From assembly GCA_965178125.1 (NCBI GenBank), contig OZ237737.1, positions 186,001-250,000 of the forward strand: a stretch of DNA of 64,000 nt, read 5' to 3'. A program made the translations under genes and the position numbers. How positions within the stretch are numbered: position 1 is the stretch's first letter; each line of letters starts with the position of its first letter. This document shows positions 25,872-39,247 of the stretch, in pieces. The stretch comes from Bilabrum cf. latius (taxonomy: Eukaryota). Below the pieces are notes generated by a model. The model was not told the origin of the DNA and made no database searches. It worked only from the letters and a program-made list of their open reading frames with translations.

Positions 25872-27928
25872 TCAAGATATCACGCAGCAAGGGCACCACG
25901 AAGCACCTTTCTGGTCATGGGCTCCAGCACCCCTCTGCACTTGCTCACCGTAGGCATTACGGCGGCCTAGCAGCTCTCGTTCCTTGCTGGAGACACTAAC
26001 GTCGGAATCGTTGCTTTCTCTGCTGCCAACTGGCACGCCGGGAGTGCCGGCAAAATTCGGGCGCTCGCTGCCACTGGCGAGAGTTCCATACGGCCCACCG
26101 GGTGGGACTCCTTTCGCACCCCGCCGCGATATGCCCTCGTTCTCCAGGCTTTCGCCCCTTCCGTTAGGATTTGGAGGTGTCGCAACCCCACTCGCACGCT
26201 GCTGCCGCTTCGTCGGTACTCCCTGCTCCATCTAGGCTGCTGCAGCGTCATTTCGAGTACCAGTGGTGCCAACCGCACTGGCCCCAACAACCCCTTCCAC
26301 ACCAGATACTGCCGCTGCGCCACCAGCAATACCATCAATTATAGCACCAGCACCCCCAGCCCCAGCCCCAGCACCAGCACCCCCAGCACCAGCACCCCCA
26401 GCACCAGCAGGACCAGCACCAGCACCAGCACCAGCACCAGCACTAGCACCAGCACCAGCACCAGCACCGCCACCGCCGGCCCTCCTTACCATAGCAAGCT
26501 TGCCGAATGCTGTGTGCCTCCACCGTCCAAATTCTTCTCTGAGTCCATCTACACTGCGTAGAACCTACATTTGAAGCTCGGCTGGCGCCCTCAGCGACCG
26601 CAGCCGGGCAGATATCGCATCTCGGGCCCTGTTGCCTTCGGCTGGCAGCAGCGTGCGCACGATCCGGGAGTACTGCTCCAGCGTCTTCTCGATCGCAAGC
26701 TGGTTGCCCTTGCTCCGCCTTTCATTTGCCTCCGGCGTCCCGTCGTTGTGCTCTGCCCCCGCCCTCGAGATGTTGTCGCCCAGTGGCAAACACGCCACGC
26801 ACACGCCAGACAGAGGCTTTTTATCTGCGCCAGCCCCCCGCTCTTGGCAGGCCTCCACCAGCCTCCGAATCACGATCGGGCCGCCGCGCATGAAACACAG
26901 AAACACGATGCGACGGGTACCTTTGCCATCAGTAGCAGCGCCAGCCCTAGCACCAGCACCGCTCGCGCCTCCCGCGGCAGCACCTCCAGCAGCCCCCGCC
27001 TCCCCACTAGCGGGCTCGTGCTAGTAGGCCCACCCGCGCAGCCAATCAGGGCTGTACAGAGTTATGTTCATGTGCTAGCGCTGTGCCTGCCGCGTGCGCT
27101 CCACCATGCTGATGGGCACGCCGGGATCGTACGTGTAGTTGATGGAATGGATGCGGCGAGACTCTCTCAGCGCGTTGAGCCCGAACCTGTCCACCTTGTC
27201 TCTGCCGAAGACCGCCCGGTGGCACCTGTGCTGCCACTCGGCCGGGTCACTGGACGGGTTGATGGGCGAGTAGAGGTACCCGAAGTAGTTCTCCTCGGTC
27301 AGGTCCTTGTAGGCGGTGTGGGGGTCGCAGCCTGTCTCGGCCCCGTGGGGTGGCATCACGGCGATCCTGGGGCGGTCGGGCCACGCTTCAGCCGACAGGC
27401 GAGCGAGCGCTTCCGCTAGGCAGTGCATGGTTTGAGATCGATTCATGCCCTCGTGGCACACCGGAATGACGATGTCTCCCGGCCGCAGAAGCAACGTTTG
27501 CCTTGAAACGAGTGGCCCCGTTTCATCGTGGTAGCCTTTGGGACCGGGCTCGGGCGTGATGGAATCATCGTCATCTGTCATCGCAAACTGCATTCAGTAG
27601 GGCAATACAAAATGAAAATTTGTCGTTGCAACCGAGATGGACCCCGCCGGTACAAGTATGCACAAGTGTGGATACGGAGCGATACGGAGCGACGCATGCA
27701 AGAGTCCTGGACTCAGCTCACCGTGCCACCAAGCCCCTCAAAAATCTTAACAGAATCTTCAAACTCGCTGGCATCAAGGCGCATTGGGCCTGCATACTTC
27801 TGCAAGCGGTCGTGACTGCCAGATTTATCCCTCATGGCATCGAAGTCCTCAAGGGAATCGCCAACGATCTGGCCGCTGAGCACCCTCCTCCATTCCACCG
27901 GTGGGAAGGTCGAAGCTTCGAAGCTCAT
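25872..27928 (-). CDS. Uncharacterised protein, paralog B, with CX5R motif (VCHEGMNRS)
   Basis: Exon 1 27928-27722, intron 27721-27588 at the same position as in paralog A. Four exon-2 ORFs fuse across TAGs at 27075, 27021, 26565 and 26232. TGA at 25872. Confidence 0.75.
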
Positions 27929-28099
27929 ATTTGCCTGATAGATGCTACTTGTCTCCAGCAGAGCGCTACGTGTGAGGTCTAAATAGCTATGTGGATCGGA
28001 CTCTCAAAAAGGTCACGTCTCCGTAGGCGCTTCCTTTTTTGCCACAATGACTTCTAAATATGAACGACTTTCTTCGACTTCGGTGTATACCGCGCACGT

Positions 28100-30719
28100 T
28101 CAAAGTCTAGGCCTCTTGCTGGAAGGAGAGCGAACCTGGTCAATGGGCGGACCATGCGCATTCTCTGCGCTGAGAGAATCGCTGGTTGCAACCGCTGCCG
28201 CACCATGACTTGAAGGTGGCAAAGTCTCATCCTGAGACGCACCAGTACCCGACCCCACTTCCCTCTTCCTCTTGGACCCGATCGAGGGAGACTCTGATCC
28301 CGATGCCGCACCTTCTGCCTTCCCAACGTGCTCCCCTTCGTGCTCACTCACCCCTACAGGCGCGCTAGAAGCAGATCCCTCCCCACCGCCTGCATTGCTC
28401 GAAGCAGATCCCTCCCCACCGGCTGCATTGCTCGAAGCAGATCCCTCCCCACCGGCTGCATTGCTCGAAGCAGATCCCTCCCCACCGGCTGCATTGCTCG
28501 AAGCAGATCCCTCCCCACCGCCTGCATTGCTCGAAGCAGATCCCTCCCCACCGCCTGCATTGCTCGAAGCAGATCCCTCCCCACCGCCTGCATTGCTCGA
28601 AGCAGATCCCTCCCCACCGGCTGCATTGCTCGAAGCAGATCCCTCCCCACCGCCTGCATTGCTCGAAGCAGATCCCTCCCCACCGCCTGCATTGCTCGAA
28701 GCAGATCCCTCCCCACCGCCTGCATTGCTCGAAGCAGATCCCTCCCCACCGCCTGCATTGCTCGAAGCAGATCCCTCCCCACCGCCTGCATTGCTCGAAG
28801 CAGATCCCTCCCCACCGCCTGCATTGCTCGAAGCAGATCCCTCCCCACCGCCTGCATTGCTCGAAGCAGATCCCTCCCCACCGCCTGCATTGCTCGAAGC
28901 AGATCCCTCCTCACCGCCTGCATTGCTCGAAGCAGGTCCCTCCCCACCGCCTGCATTGCTCGAAGCAGGTCCCTCCCCACCGCCTGCATTGCTCGAAGCA
29001 GGTCCCTCCTCACCGCCTGCATTGCTCGAAGCAGGTCCCTCCCCACCGCCTGCATTGCTCGAAGCAGATCCCTCCCCACCGCCTGCATTGCTCGAAGCAG
29101 GTCCCTCCCCACCGCCTGCATTGCTCGAAGCAGGTCCCTCCCCACCGCCTGCATTGCTCGAAGCAGGTCCCTCCCCACCGCCTGCATTGCTTGCCGCTGC
29201 ACCATTATCACTACCACTATCGCTGTCCCCATCGCTGTCGCTGTCGTCATCACTGCCATCTTCCATGTGCACTGCACCACCGCCGGCCACCTGCTTCATG
29301 CGGTCGGAAATCTGCTTGAGCTTGCTGGCAATCTCCTGCCTCTCCTGCACGTCCTCCTCTCGCTCCATGTACTGCGCCTGCACTGTGAACTCCGCTGCAT
29401 CGTGGTCCAGGATGTTTGGGAGCCGGTGCGGGGGCAGCCGAACCAGCTTGAGGGAGGCGGGCGGGACCTTCTCATCCGTTATTGCAGATGTAGCTACTGC
29501 AGGCGATAAAGACGATGATGAAGAGGAAGAGGAAGAGGAAGAGGAGGAGGAGGCAGACGATGCAGACGAGGCAGATGAAGACTGGGGCGCAGGTACAGCT
29601 GCACTGCCGCTGCCTGCTGCCCCAGCATCTCGACCCTCGCCCTCGCACTCGCCGTCGCCCCCCCCTTCCTTCGGCTCCTTGCCCTTGGCGTAGTAGCAGG
29701 GGTACTCCGGGTGAGCCTCCACCGCTCTCCTCCTCATCAACGACCGAGCCACGCCGCCCATGCATTCCACGAATGTCTGGCAGGGCGATATCCGCAGCAC
29801 CGTGCCGAATCTCGGCTGTCCCTTGTGCAGCTGGAACTGCGCGCCCTCCAGCGTGAACCTCACGTAGTCACCGGCCCGCAGCTCCCCCGGGTCCTCCTCT
29901 TCCACCATCCCCGTCATGTCAGCCACCTTCATCCCCTTGGGCACGGTCAGCACGTGCCTAGCCTGGCCCACGTTGCCCATGGGGTCCAGTCCTTTCTCGA
30001 TGAGATCCCGCGCGTCGTCGATTTCCTTGTTGCCGAACCTCTCCGCACGCGCCTGCGCGAGCTGCTCGGCCTCGCGCCGCTGCCGCACGTACGCCCCATT
30101 GATCTGGCGCGCGAGTCGGGTGGCGAGCCGCGCCGCGTGCAGCATGCCCACCTGGTCCTGCCTGCTCTTGAGCGGCTTGGAGATTGTCCTGTGCTTCTTG
30201 AGCGCGACCCGCCACTTCTCCTCGGCTTCCTCGGACAGAGGATCGGGCGCATCGATGAACTCTCTCTCCATGGTAGCAAGTGCGCCGGAATCGTGCAGCT
30301 GCTTCCATTCCTTGGGCACCTGCCCGAAGAGCCGGAGGAACCGCACAGCTAGGGCCGGTGGCAGCCTCTCGCCGGGCCCGTCGGGCAGTCTCAAATGCGG
30401 CGCCTTCGCTGCCGAGTCCCCCCGTCCTGCCCCAGGTGCAGCAGCCGCGGCTGACCTGGATCCTGGGCCCGACGCAGATGGTGGTGTTGGCGATGCTGCA
30501 CCATCTGCACTGCTGGTTGCATTGCTTTGTGCCACCGCCCTGCCCCTGCCCCTGCCCCTGCCCCTGCCCCTGCCCCTGCCCCTGCCCCTGCCCCTGCCCC
30601 TCCCCTTCTTTGGCCCTGCACCCTTCCCTTTCGATCCTGTTGCCTTCCCTTTCGATCCTGTTGCCTTTATGCCGCTCTTAGGATCCTTTCGCTGCTTCTT
30701 GGCGGGCCCCTGCTCCTTC

Positions 30720-30788
<69 letters not shown>

Positions 30789-32035
30789 GCGCTCCCACCT
30801 GCGCCCGCCTGCTCCTCCTTGCCCTACCCAGCGGTTAACCCCTGGGCAGCAGCACTCGTGGCGCTGGCTCGCAAGGCCATCCGCAGGGCCTACTGCTCAG
30901 ATACCATGGACGGCTGCAGGGCGCTGACGACGCGGCTGCGGCTCCTCTTTGCCTTCCGGCTCGCGATACTGCCAGTAGTGCGGCCCGTTCGCGCGGCCGG
31001 CACGTCATAAATAGGGCGTTGCTTCACTTCGGCAACCTCGTCGTCATCCTCATCGTCATCGTTGTCGCCATTGTCACCGTCATCGACCTGGTCCTCTTTC
31101 TCGTCTGCATCCGGCAGTTCCGGCGGCTCGTACTCAGCGAACTGCCTAGGTTGCTAGTAGGCCATGTTGTACCAGGCTCGGGGTAGGTCTGGCCCTGAGC
31201 TTCGAGTGTATGGCTCGCGGTGCTCTCTCCAAAAACTTTCGTCGTCCAAAAGGAGAGGCAGAGCAGTTCTGCGGTCGCAATACTAGAACTGCCAAAAAAG
31301 GCCGTGCTTTCCCTCCCAAGGGCACACCGCAAGATCCTAGATGTACAGGACGGCAAGAGCCCACTCTTCAGAGATGCCATGATCCTGCATGAATTTCCTG
31401 TACAGCTTTCTTTCTTCTTCGCCGTGCAGCAGGCTCTCGTCAACAACCAAAGCAGGCCATCGACCTGTCGGCCTTTGACAAGGGGCCATAACAAACTGGG
31501 CTGGAACCGCCCGCAAGGCCTTGCAGTAATCTTTCGATTCTAATCGAATGCTTTCCAGTTGCTCCAGCGACAATGGAGCTTCACTTTCGCTCTCGCTACC
31601 GCCGTCGTCCGTTGAGCAAGATTCAGATTCAGAAGCACATGCTTGGCCCTACTCATCGGCCGCTGAACCCCCACTCTCCATCTGACTATCATTTGAAGGT
31701 ATTTTCTATTCAGCTGCTGCTTTGGCAACTTCCTGCTAGATTGCAGAGAGGGGAAAACGCCAAAGATCGATTCGCGGTCCATTGGTGCAGGGAATAAAGC
31801 GTGTCTCTAGGTATGTCAAGGGTGTATTAGAGCAGCTAAAATATTAAGTATAGCCGAGGAAAATATCCGTGATGCTTACTTCGCGCTGCTTTGCTTGTCT
31901 AGCGGCCGCTTCGTCAACTTGCTCCAGGATGCTTGCTTGCATGTCACCCTCGCCATCACTGTCATCACTTTCGTCCAGAATCGCCTGCGCGTTGGACAGA
32001 GATTGATTTACTTCGTCCTCTTCGGAGTCGCTCAT
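28100..32035 (-). CDS. Large acidic/low-complexity protein with PWWP-like segment, UIM-like motif and repeat-rich C-terminus
   Basis: Exon 1 32035-31880, intron to ~31737, then one frame to TGA 28100 across 7 TAGs (31706, 31659, 31337, 31283, 31154, 30890, 30824). QFVMAPCQRPTGRWPALVVD is PWWP-like; SEQQALRMALRAS is UIM-like; NLS-like KRKR and KRPRL. Confidence 0.6.
28368..29191 (-). repeat. 33-bp coding minisatellite, ~25 copies, encoding (ASSNAGGGEGS/P)n
   Basis: Unit GAAGCAGATCCCTCCCCACCGCCTGCATTGCTC (+ strand), head to tail with few variants. Confidence 0.97.
30537..30787 (-). repeat. Coding microsatellites: (CCCCTG)n = Gly-Arg repeat and (CTG)n = poly-Ser
   Basis: Visible runs at ~30537-30600 and ~30722-30787. 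Confidence 0.9.
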
Positions 32036-32166
32036 GCCTACGCCTCGCTAGCCAGAGCGGACAACTGAAAGGTACTACCTGCGCATCGGGTAGGTTCCGC
32101 AGTAAATTCAGATCCGCCGATGGAACACGTGCCTAATTCGAAACGTTGGAACCTTTTAGCGCAAAG

Positions 32167-34685
32167 TCACTTCTTCTTCTTGCCCTTCTTCTTGCCCTTC
32201 TTCTTCTTCTTCTCCCGTTTGATCCGCTCCGCCTCAAAGACTCGGATTCGAGCGATCTCCTGCTCCCACAGCTGCTCCCTTCGGCCAAGCACCTCCTCCA
32301 GCCGCCCCCGGGTCTTCTCTAGCAACTTTTCATCCGCCCCTGCCTCTCGCGCACCCTCTATGACCCGCTCCAGTTGCTTGCCCAGGTCGTCCACCTGCCA
32401 TACGGCTCTCAGCTGAGGCGAAGGGTACAGCGGCGGCAGCGGCTCCGGCTCGGGCTCCTCCTCTTCCCCCTTCTTCTTGGGCTTGGGCTTGGGCTTGGCC
32501 TTCTTGGCAGCCTCCTTCTTTGCCTTCTCCTCCGCCTCGCGAGCTGCCAGCTCCTCGGGCGTGGGCTCGGGCTCGGGCGGCAGCTCGTACGCGGTCGGGT
32601 CGTCTTCCGCGTGCGTGACCGCCACCTTCTCCGCCTCTGCCAGGCCCATTTCCAGGCCGTGAGTCGCATCCCCCAGCCCCACCTCTGCCTCCAGTCGAGT
32701 GAGCAGACCACCTGCATCCACGAGCGAGTTGTTCTCCGGGTCCCCGGACCTGACCCGCTCCACGCAGCGCCTCAGGCGGGAGATGTCCCCGTCCACCGCG
32801 TGTGTCGCCACCGTGATACCCTCGCACATGCGGCGCAGCTGCTGCATCTCCACCTCGCTCTCGCTCAGTGACGCGGCCTGCAGCCCGATCTCCAGCCGCC
32901 GAGGGGACACCCCCTTCTTCCGGGCGGCCTCTACTGCCGCACGGACCGGGGCTGCTGCAGTCCTCGATGCGGCGGGCCTCTGCGCATGCAGGTCCTCGAT
33001 GGCTCCTTTTAGCTGCACCCATGCCTTGAGCCTGTCCAGTGCCTTCTCTCCCCTGTCGATGAGGCAGGGATTCGCTCTCAGGGTCTTGGCCTGGTCGATG
33101 GCGCGGGCGAGAGGGCCCAGCTGGGAGGCGGGAAGGTCAGGCTCCTGCTCCAGGGGCACTGGCTCGAACTGCACCCCGGGGCTCTGCATCATGCCGCCGC
33201 CCAGCAGCGCGCTGTCGGTCAGTCCGATGGCGCCGCCGCCGTCGTCAGTTCCCAGGCCGGTTCCTAGGCTGCCGATGCCCGTGGCGGCGTCCTCATCCTC
33301 GTCCTCCTCGTCCTCCTCCTCGTCCTCTTCCTCCTCCTCGATGTGCCCAGCGAGCGCGCCGCCTGGAGTGGTCGGCGGTGTCGGGCCACCCTTGCTGCCC
33401 GGGGCTCGCGGGGAGGACTGTGACGAGTGAGACCCCATCGGCTCCTCATCGGCCCCTGCCCCGCTCGCAGCGTGCGCCCTCTCCTCCTCCCCCCCTTCGG
33501 ACCCCTGGGAGTCCCCCGGACCCCCACCCGGGGGTGCTCCGATCCCCCAGCGACCCTCCCCCGCGCTCTCCCTCGACCCCCCCTCCACCGAAGGGCCCGC
33601 TGTTCCCTTGGCCTCCGAGCTGAAGCCGCTCATCTGCCCGCCGGGTGCCGTGCTGAGCCCTCCACCCCCCCTGACTCCGGCCCCGCCCATGCCCCCCTCG
33701 CTCGACTCCGGATCCATCGCGGCGAGCAGCTTCTCCTCGGCATCCCGCAGCGTGAACTCAAAGTCGCTCGAGATGCGGACGGGTCTCCGGACGTCCGGCT
33801 GGCTCGCGCTCGCAGGCACAGCGAAGGCGTTCGACCCCTGCTCCGAGTAGAACTTCCCGGAGCAGTGGCACAGGAACTGCGGCTCCGCAGGGCCGAAAGC
33901 GGCGGCGGTGGCGGGGCATGTGGTCTGGTTCTGGGCCTTGAGCAGCAGAGCGCGAGCGGACGGAGTCGAGGCGCAGGCGAGCGCGGGATGCCCTTCGAAA
34001 TTGAGCATCCTGGCGTAGAATCCAGCGGACATGACGGCCTCGAGGATGTCCGTGCGGCCGTTCATGGCAGCCAGGTGCAGGCAAGAGTTGCCGCGGCTGT
34101 CGATGTCGTTGACCCCAAGGCCCTCCAGAAGTAGCAGCCATACAACACGTACGTGACCCTGCAACACAGAGAGAACAAAAAGAGGCAGTCATGGATAAGG
34201 GTGTGCGCGCAACCCAAGTCTGCAGGCGGATCAAATGAGGTCAACCTGCCGCAATGCCTCACCTTGAACACTGCCCAGTGAAGGGGAGAAATCACAATTT
34301 TCTGCTCCACGCTGGCCTCCATAGACTTTTTGTTGCCCCGCTCGTTCTCCGCGGGCGTTGCTTGCACGCTGTCTTCCGCGAGGTCATCGGCGTAGCGATC
34401 GCCGAGCAGATCGTACTGCGCACGATAGTCTTCCCCGGCGCCAACCTCGAGCAGAGCCTCGACGCTTTCATGATCTCCAACAAAACTAGCCCATACAAGC
34501 GGGCTCCACCCCTTGGCATCCCGTGCGCTTATGGCTTGCTGGTGATCCCTCAACAGCTCTTTCACGCGTGGGGTATCGCCGTGCTGACACGCACGAAGCA
34601 GGATTTGCGCCGCTTCTTCCGCCATGACGGGAGGTGGAGCGGGCGGCCCATCGTCCAAGTCGATACTTCCATCATCTAATGCCAT
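32167..34685 (-). CDS. Ankyrin-repeat protein with acidic linker and Lys-rich C-terminus
   Basis: Ankyrin motifs DAKGWSPLVWAS, SPLHWAVFK|GH, DSRGNSCLHLAAMNG. Intron 34262-34159; TGA stop. Confidence 0.85.
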
Positions 34686-34797
34686 GCTGTGGCCACGGTA
34701 TGGCCTTGTCTCCACGAGCGCCAAACGGAACTCAAGTTGCACTGCACGAACGTACGAATGAACGAGACAGAGCAATTCACCGCAAAAAGTGGGTCAG

Positions 34798-37700
34798 ATG
34801 TCCTTCAATAAGCGCGGGAAGAAGAAGAAGTTGAGTAAACGAGTGGGATTTGGTCTGAACGACGAGGAGGATGCCGACGACGGTCCCTTGCGTCGCCGCA
34901 TCGGATTGGGCCGCAATGCTGTCCCCGATGAAGGGCTGCCCGCAGGAAAGCCGACCAAGTCAACGAAAAAACGGGCCCGCAGAATGCATTTTGGGACACA
35001 GAAGGCAGATTACGACCGCAGCAGCACGAAATCCATACTGAAGTCTGAACCACCTCCAGTCGAAGCAGATATTCAAGTTCCCAATCCCGGGCAGCATTTG
35101 CCATCCTCGGCACTGGCCAGTAGCGCTGCTGTGCGCATGACTATTGTATCAGGACTACCAGACTCGGATGAAGAGGACGACGCCTTGCAGCAAGCGGAGA
35201 TGAAGCGCCTCGCGGACGCGGCCAGGCAGCAGCGAGCAGTCGCACGCCAGCAAGCCATGGAAGATGAGGAGGAGTACATCCCGCTCGAGGCGAACTTGAA
35301 ACAAGCAGAAGGTCATCAGCACAAGCCACCCAGTCTTCCATCGAGCAGCGCGTCTGTTGCCGCGCTAGGGTAGCGGCTCTTCGGGGGCACGGGCAGCGCC
35401 AGCGAGCGAGCACTCGAAGGGTCGATCCCCCCTCCAGGCAACGGACCCTCCGCGGCGGGCAGGAAGCGCTCGAGGCACTCGTCACACCGTTCTGCAATGG
35501 ACCGATGGGAGCAGGAAGCCATGGAGCGCGGGGGCGGCACTCGGCACGCATCATCACCCAGCCAAGGCGGCAGCAACCGGACCGGGCAAGCTTCCGCTGC
35601 AGCCGCTCAGGCGGCTGCAGACCCGGGTGGGGCTACCGCTGGCGGTCGGCTGACTTGGCGATCCATCGACTCCGTGCCTGCTATGCAGCCCAGCGATGCA
35701 GCTGTGTTCCCTGGAAGTGAGCAGGGCGTGCAGCTCGCAGGCCGGCCTGCCGAGCCAGCGGGCCAGAGGACAGTGCGTGCGCTGGGACTGGGGGCCGTGC
35801 TGGCAGCGAGGCAGGCCTTGGATCAAGGTGGAGAGAGACGGACTAAAGGCGGTAGAGACGGAGCTGATGATGGATTTTCGACGGATCTAATTCCAGGGAA
35901 CACACCAGGGAACACGGACGGGATGCCTCCCGACGAGGTGCTCCGCTAGCTGGGGCTCGATGAGGAGGACTGGGCGGCGCTGGACGCGGTGGCTCGCCGG
36001 ATCGACGCATCCAGGGAACAAGGGATCCGGGACCGTGATACGGCACGGCAGCAGATGCAGGGACTGCAGCTGGAGATAGAGGAGGCGGAGAGGGCGGCGC
36101 AGTCAGCCGAGCTGAAGGCGGATGAGGCGTCCAGAGAAGCCCTCTCGTTCAAGGAGGCAAGCGGGCTGGTGACCGGACTCCGCTCCCTGCACGCCGCGAA
36201 GAGGGGCGTGTTTGCGAGCGTGCGACGCGCCGCGGCCCAGGTGTGGCAGGGCACTAGGGGGCAGGCGCAGTCGAGGTGGCAGGCGGCTCTTGCCCTCGGG
36301 CTGCGGGGGGACAGCGGGGGCGGGGGCATGGGTGCAGCCAAGGTGCTGTGCGGGCCTCCCGGTGCTAGCGACCTGCTTGTCGGGATGCTTGGCGAGACTG
36401 AGAGGAGGATCCGAGGGAACAGCGGGGCTGGGGCGGGTGCTGGGAGTGGTGGTAAAGTTGGAGGAGGAGGAGCTGCGTTTGATGTGGCTGATCTGCAGGC
36501 GGCCTCCGGACTGGCTGCATCCAAGTGGTGGACCGAGGCGAAGGGGATCGGGCGGCGCTCGTGCGGTTGCAATCTGCAAGACGGAGCGGGGTCCTCTGGT
36601 TCGGCTGCATCGGAAGAAGTAGCCTCTCTGCAGGTGCTCTTCGCGGAATCGCTGGAGCTGGTCCTACTGGCAGACGGTGCGGAGGCCGCGCTGGGCACTG
36701 GCGTCGGTGCTCTTCGAGAGCGGCTGGGGCAGGTCCGCCGAGCAGCCTCGCAGGTGATGGAGGACGTAAGAGGGGAAGATTACGCCGACATTCAGAGAGT
36801 TCTGGGTCGATTTGAGGCGCTAAGGGCAGCTGCTCCAGAGGCGTACGTGGCTGGCTTTGTGTCAGAGGCGCTGCCAGAACTGCTGCGGCCGTACGTTGAT
36901 GCCGAGGTGGCAGGGTGGGCCCCTGGACTCGATCACTGGAGCGCCAGCTTGGGATCTGATACCGCGCGTGGTGATGCACGTGCTGCTGCAGAAGGGCTCG
37001 ACGGCGGCGCGCCGGAGGCAGCTCGCTCGAAGCCTGTGAACATGACCGACTGGGTATGGTTCCGTGCCCTGTGGCAGTACGCGGATGGGGCGGGGGCAGA
37101 AGCGGCGAGCAGGGCGGCGGATGCAGTGGGTGAGGGAACAAGTGAGGGAACAAGCCGGGAGCAGGGGGCACGGCTGACCGACGACGACCTCGTGCCCGCC
37201 GTGGTGAAGCACTCGGTCTCGCCACGCGTTGCGGAGGCAGCTTCGAATGGGGCGTGCGTCTCGTGGCCGAGCACATGCGCCTCCGTGGCCGCGGCTGCAA
37301 CCCAGTGGGAACAGCTGGAACCGGAGGAACAAGAGCTCGAGCGTGTCGCCGACTCTCTGGAGGAGGGCGCCGTATCCGAGGCAGGGGCGCTGCACTCGGC
37401 CTGCATCGGTGTGCTGCTTCCGCACTCGTCACACATGAGTGTCGCCACTGTGCTGGGCTTGGCACAGGCGGTTCGGCTGTCCGTGTCTGTGTGGCAGCTT
37501 GCCCCCGTGATCGGCTGGGGGGCAGCCGCTGGGCTAGTGGCCGAGCACGTCGTCGGGTCCAAGCTGCTCCCGCTCGCCGATGCTCTCGCGTTCGAGGGGG
37601 GCTCAAAGGCGCAGCCTACCTCGTCTTCTTCTTCTTCTTCTTCGTCATCAGACCAGCCGGGACAGCCCAGCCCCGGGAATTGCTGGGTCGGTGCAGCGTG

Positions 37701-38097
37701 GGTCTGCGTGCTGGCGCTGCAGTGCATGAGCCCGCGGCTGGGCCTGGCCTGGCGAGAGTTATGCAGCGGTGTGACGAGTGAGGGGTTGGCTGGGGCGGTG
37801 CCCTCTGGAAAAGAGCAGGCGGGAGGAGGAGTGGAACACATGGAAGAGCGAGACAGGTCCTGGCTGCCCGAGCCCGCTGCCCTGGAGTCGTGCGGGCGAG
37901 TGGCGGCGCCTGTCGTGGCGGATATCGCTGGCAGGCTGACTGCATCCCTTCCGAGGTGTGGCGAGGGCCAATCAGCCCGCCAGCTGGTCTCAAAGGTCCG
38001 TGCTCTGCGGGCGCTGGGCAGCGGGCCAGGAGCAGATCCGTCGATGGGGGCGCTCACGGGGCATACTGCGCTTGATACTGTGATCATGGCGTCGTAA
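34798..38097 (+). CDS. GCFC-domain protein (PAXBP1/GCFC2/ILP1 family, spliceosome disassembly)
   Basis: RWEQEAMERG and VMEDVRGEDYADIQRVLGRFEALR...EAYVAGFVSEALPELLRPYV..EV.GW.P match the GCFC domain. Three ORFs join across TAG 35371 and 35947; TAA stop. Confidence 0.75.
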
Positions 38098-38315
38098 AGA
38101 GATGGTTTGTATTAGGTATGGCATCGAGAATCAAAACATAGGCTGAATGCTGGTTTGCTGCGGCAGAACCATTCGCACATCTTGCGGGCTGAACGGACAC
38201 TCGCGTCACATTCGGGTGCACGATCGTCGATTCCATTATTCCTCGTTTTCTTCCCGTTGTAAGGCCAAACTCACAACTTTCTTGGCGAGGTTAGCTTGAT
38301 AAACTAGTAGTTGAC

Positions 38316-38900
38316 ATGGCTAGGTCAAGTACTGTGGCGGGCGCGAAGCGCAGGAAGAAGTCGAAGGTAGTTCGTCGATAGGTTGCGGCTGGGAGCGCAG
38401 CACCAGTGCAACGCAGGGCGAGGCCAGGGCAGCGTGCGCTGCAAGAAATTCGTTATTATCAGAAGAATACTGGTCTCCTGATTCGGAAATTGCCCTTCGC
38501 AAGATTGGTAAGGAACCACTCGTTCGCGACGTTGTCCCGTGCTGGAGATCGCTATATATTCGCCCCGTGCTATGCTCTCATTTTGTCTCGCAGGTTCGCG
38601 AGGTAACCCATTATTACACTGGAAGCGATTTTCGCTGGCAAGCTAGCGCGCTGATGGCTTTGCAAGAGGCTAGCGAGGGGTACCTTGTGGGCTTGTTCGA
38701 GGACGCGTGAGTTTACACATATTTCGATCATGACATCACCCATCAATGATGCGTTCGTGTAAATCGAAGGTTATTACAAGTATCAGCTCTTTTTCTGCCG
38801 CAGAAATCTGTGCGCCATTCATGCGAAGCGTGTCACTATCATGGTTCGCGATATCCACCTCGCCAGAAGAATTCGGGGCGTATCGGATGCAGCTGTTTGA
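38316..38900 (+). CDS. CENH3: Centromeric histone H3 variant (CENH3/CENP-A)
   Basis: Three exons (38316-38507, 38594-38706, 38804-38900). H3 fold with a non-H3 N-terminal tail, PFARL (H3 Q68 lost), FRWQ (F84W), EDANL (T107A) and loop 1 one residue longer. TAG at 38379. Confidence 0.88.
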
Positions 38901-39247
38901 TGCAATAGGTGGCTAAATGCGCACTGCGCATCGAAATGTAACGGGTTGTGCAGGGTGCCCGGGGAGGTTGGGCAAATCGGGTCCGCGCGTGGATCGCCAC
39001 GTGAGGATTGCTTCAGGCGATGGCGGTAACTTGGTGAAGGCGATGGATACTTTGAATAATTCTGAGAGTAACAACGTTTGTTCGACATCAGGCTCCGTGC
39101 TATCATTCCCACGTCCCCCCACAAATGAATAAGGCACGACTCCAGGTGAAACACAAGGGACGCTCCGGTGGCTGGGACGCTGGCAATGCCTGGCCCACAG
39201 CCTGGCAGCTAGGAAGAGGAATTTCGTATCAGCACTGCGCCTGCCTA

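Noticed and set aside
9873-27518. Terminal inverted repeats of a transposon or endogenous virophage/Polinton
   Set aside because: The repeats are internal parts of intron-containing paralogous genes. The enclosed genes are housekeeping, with no transposase, integrase or capsid and no GC shift.
28368-29191. CRISPR-like array
   Set aside because: Units are head to tail with no unique spacers, in frame within a eukaryotic CDS, and no cas genes are present.
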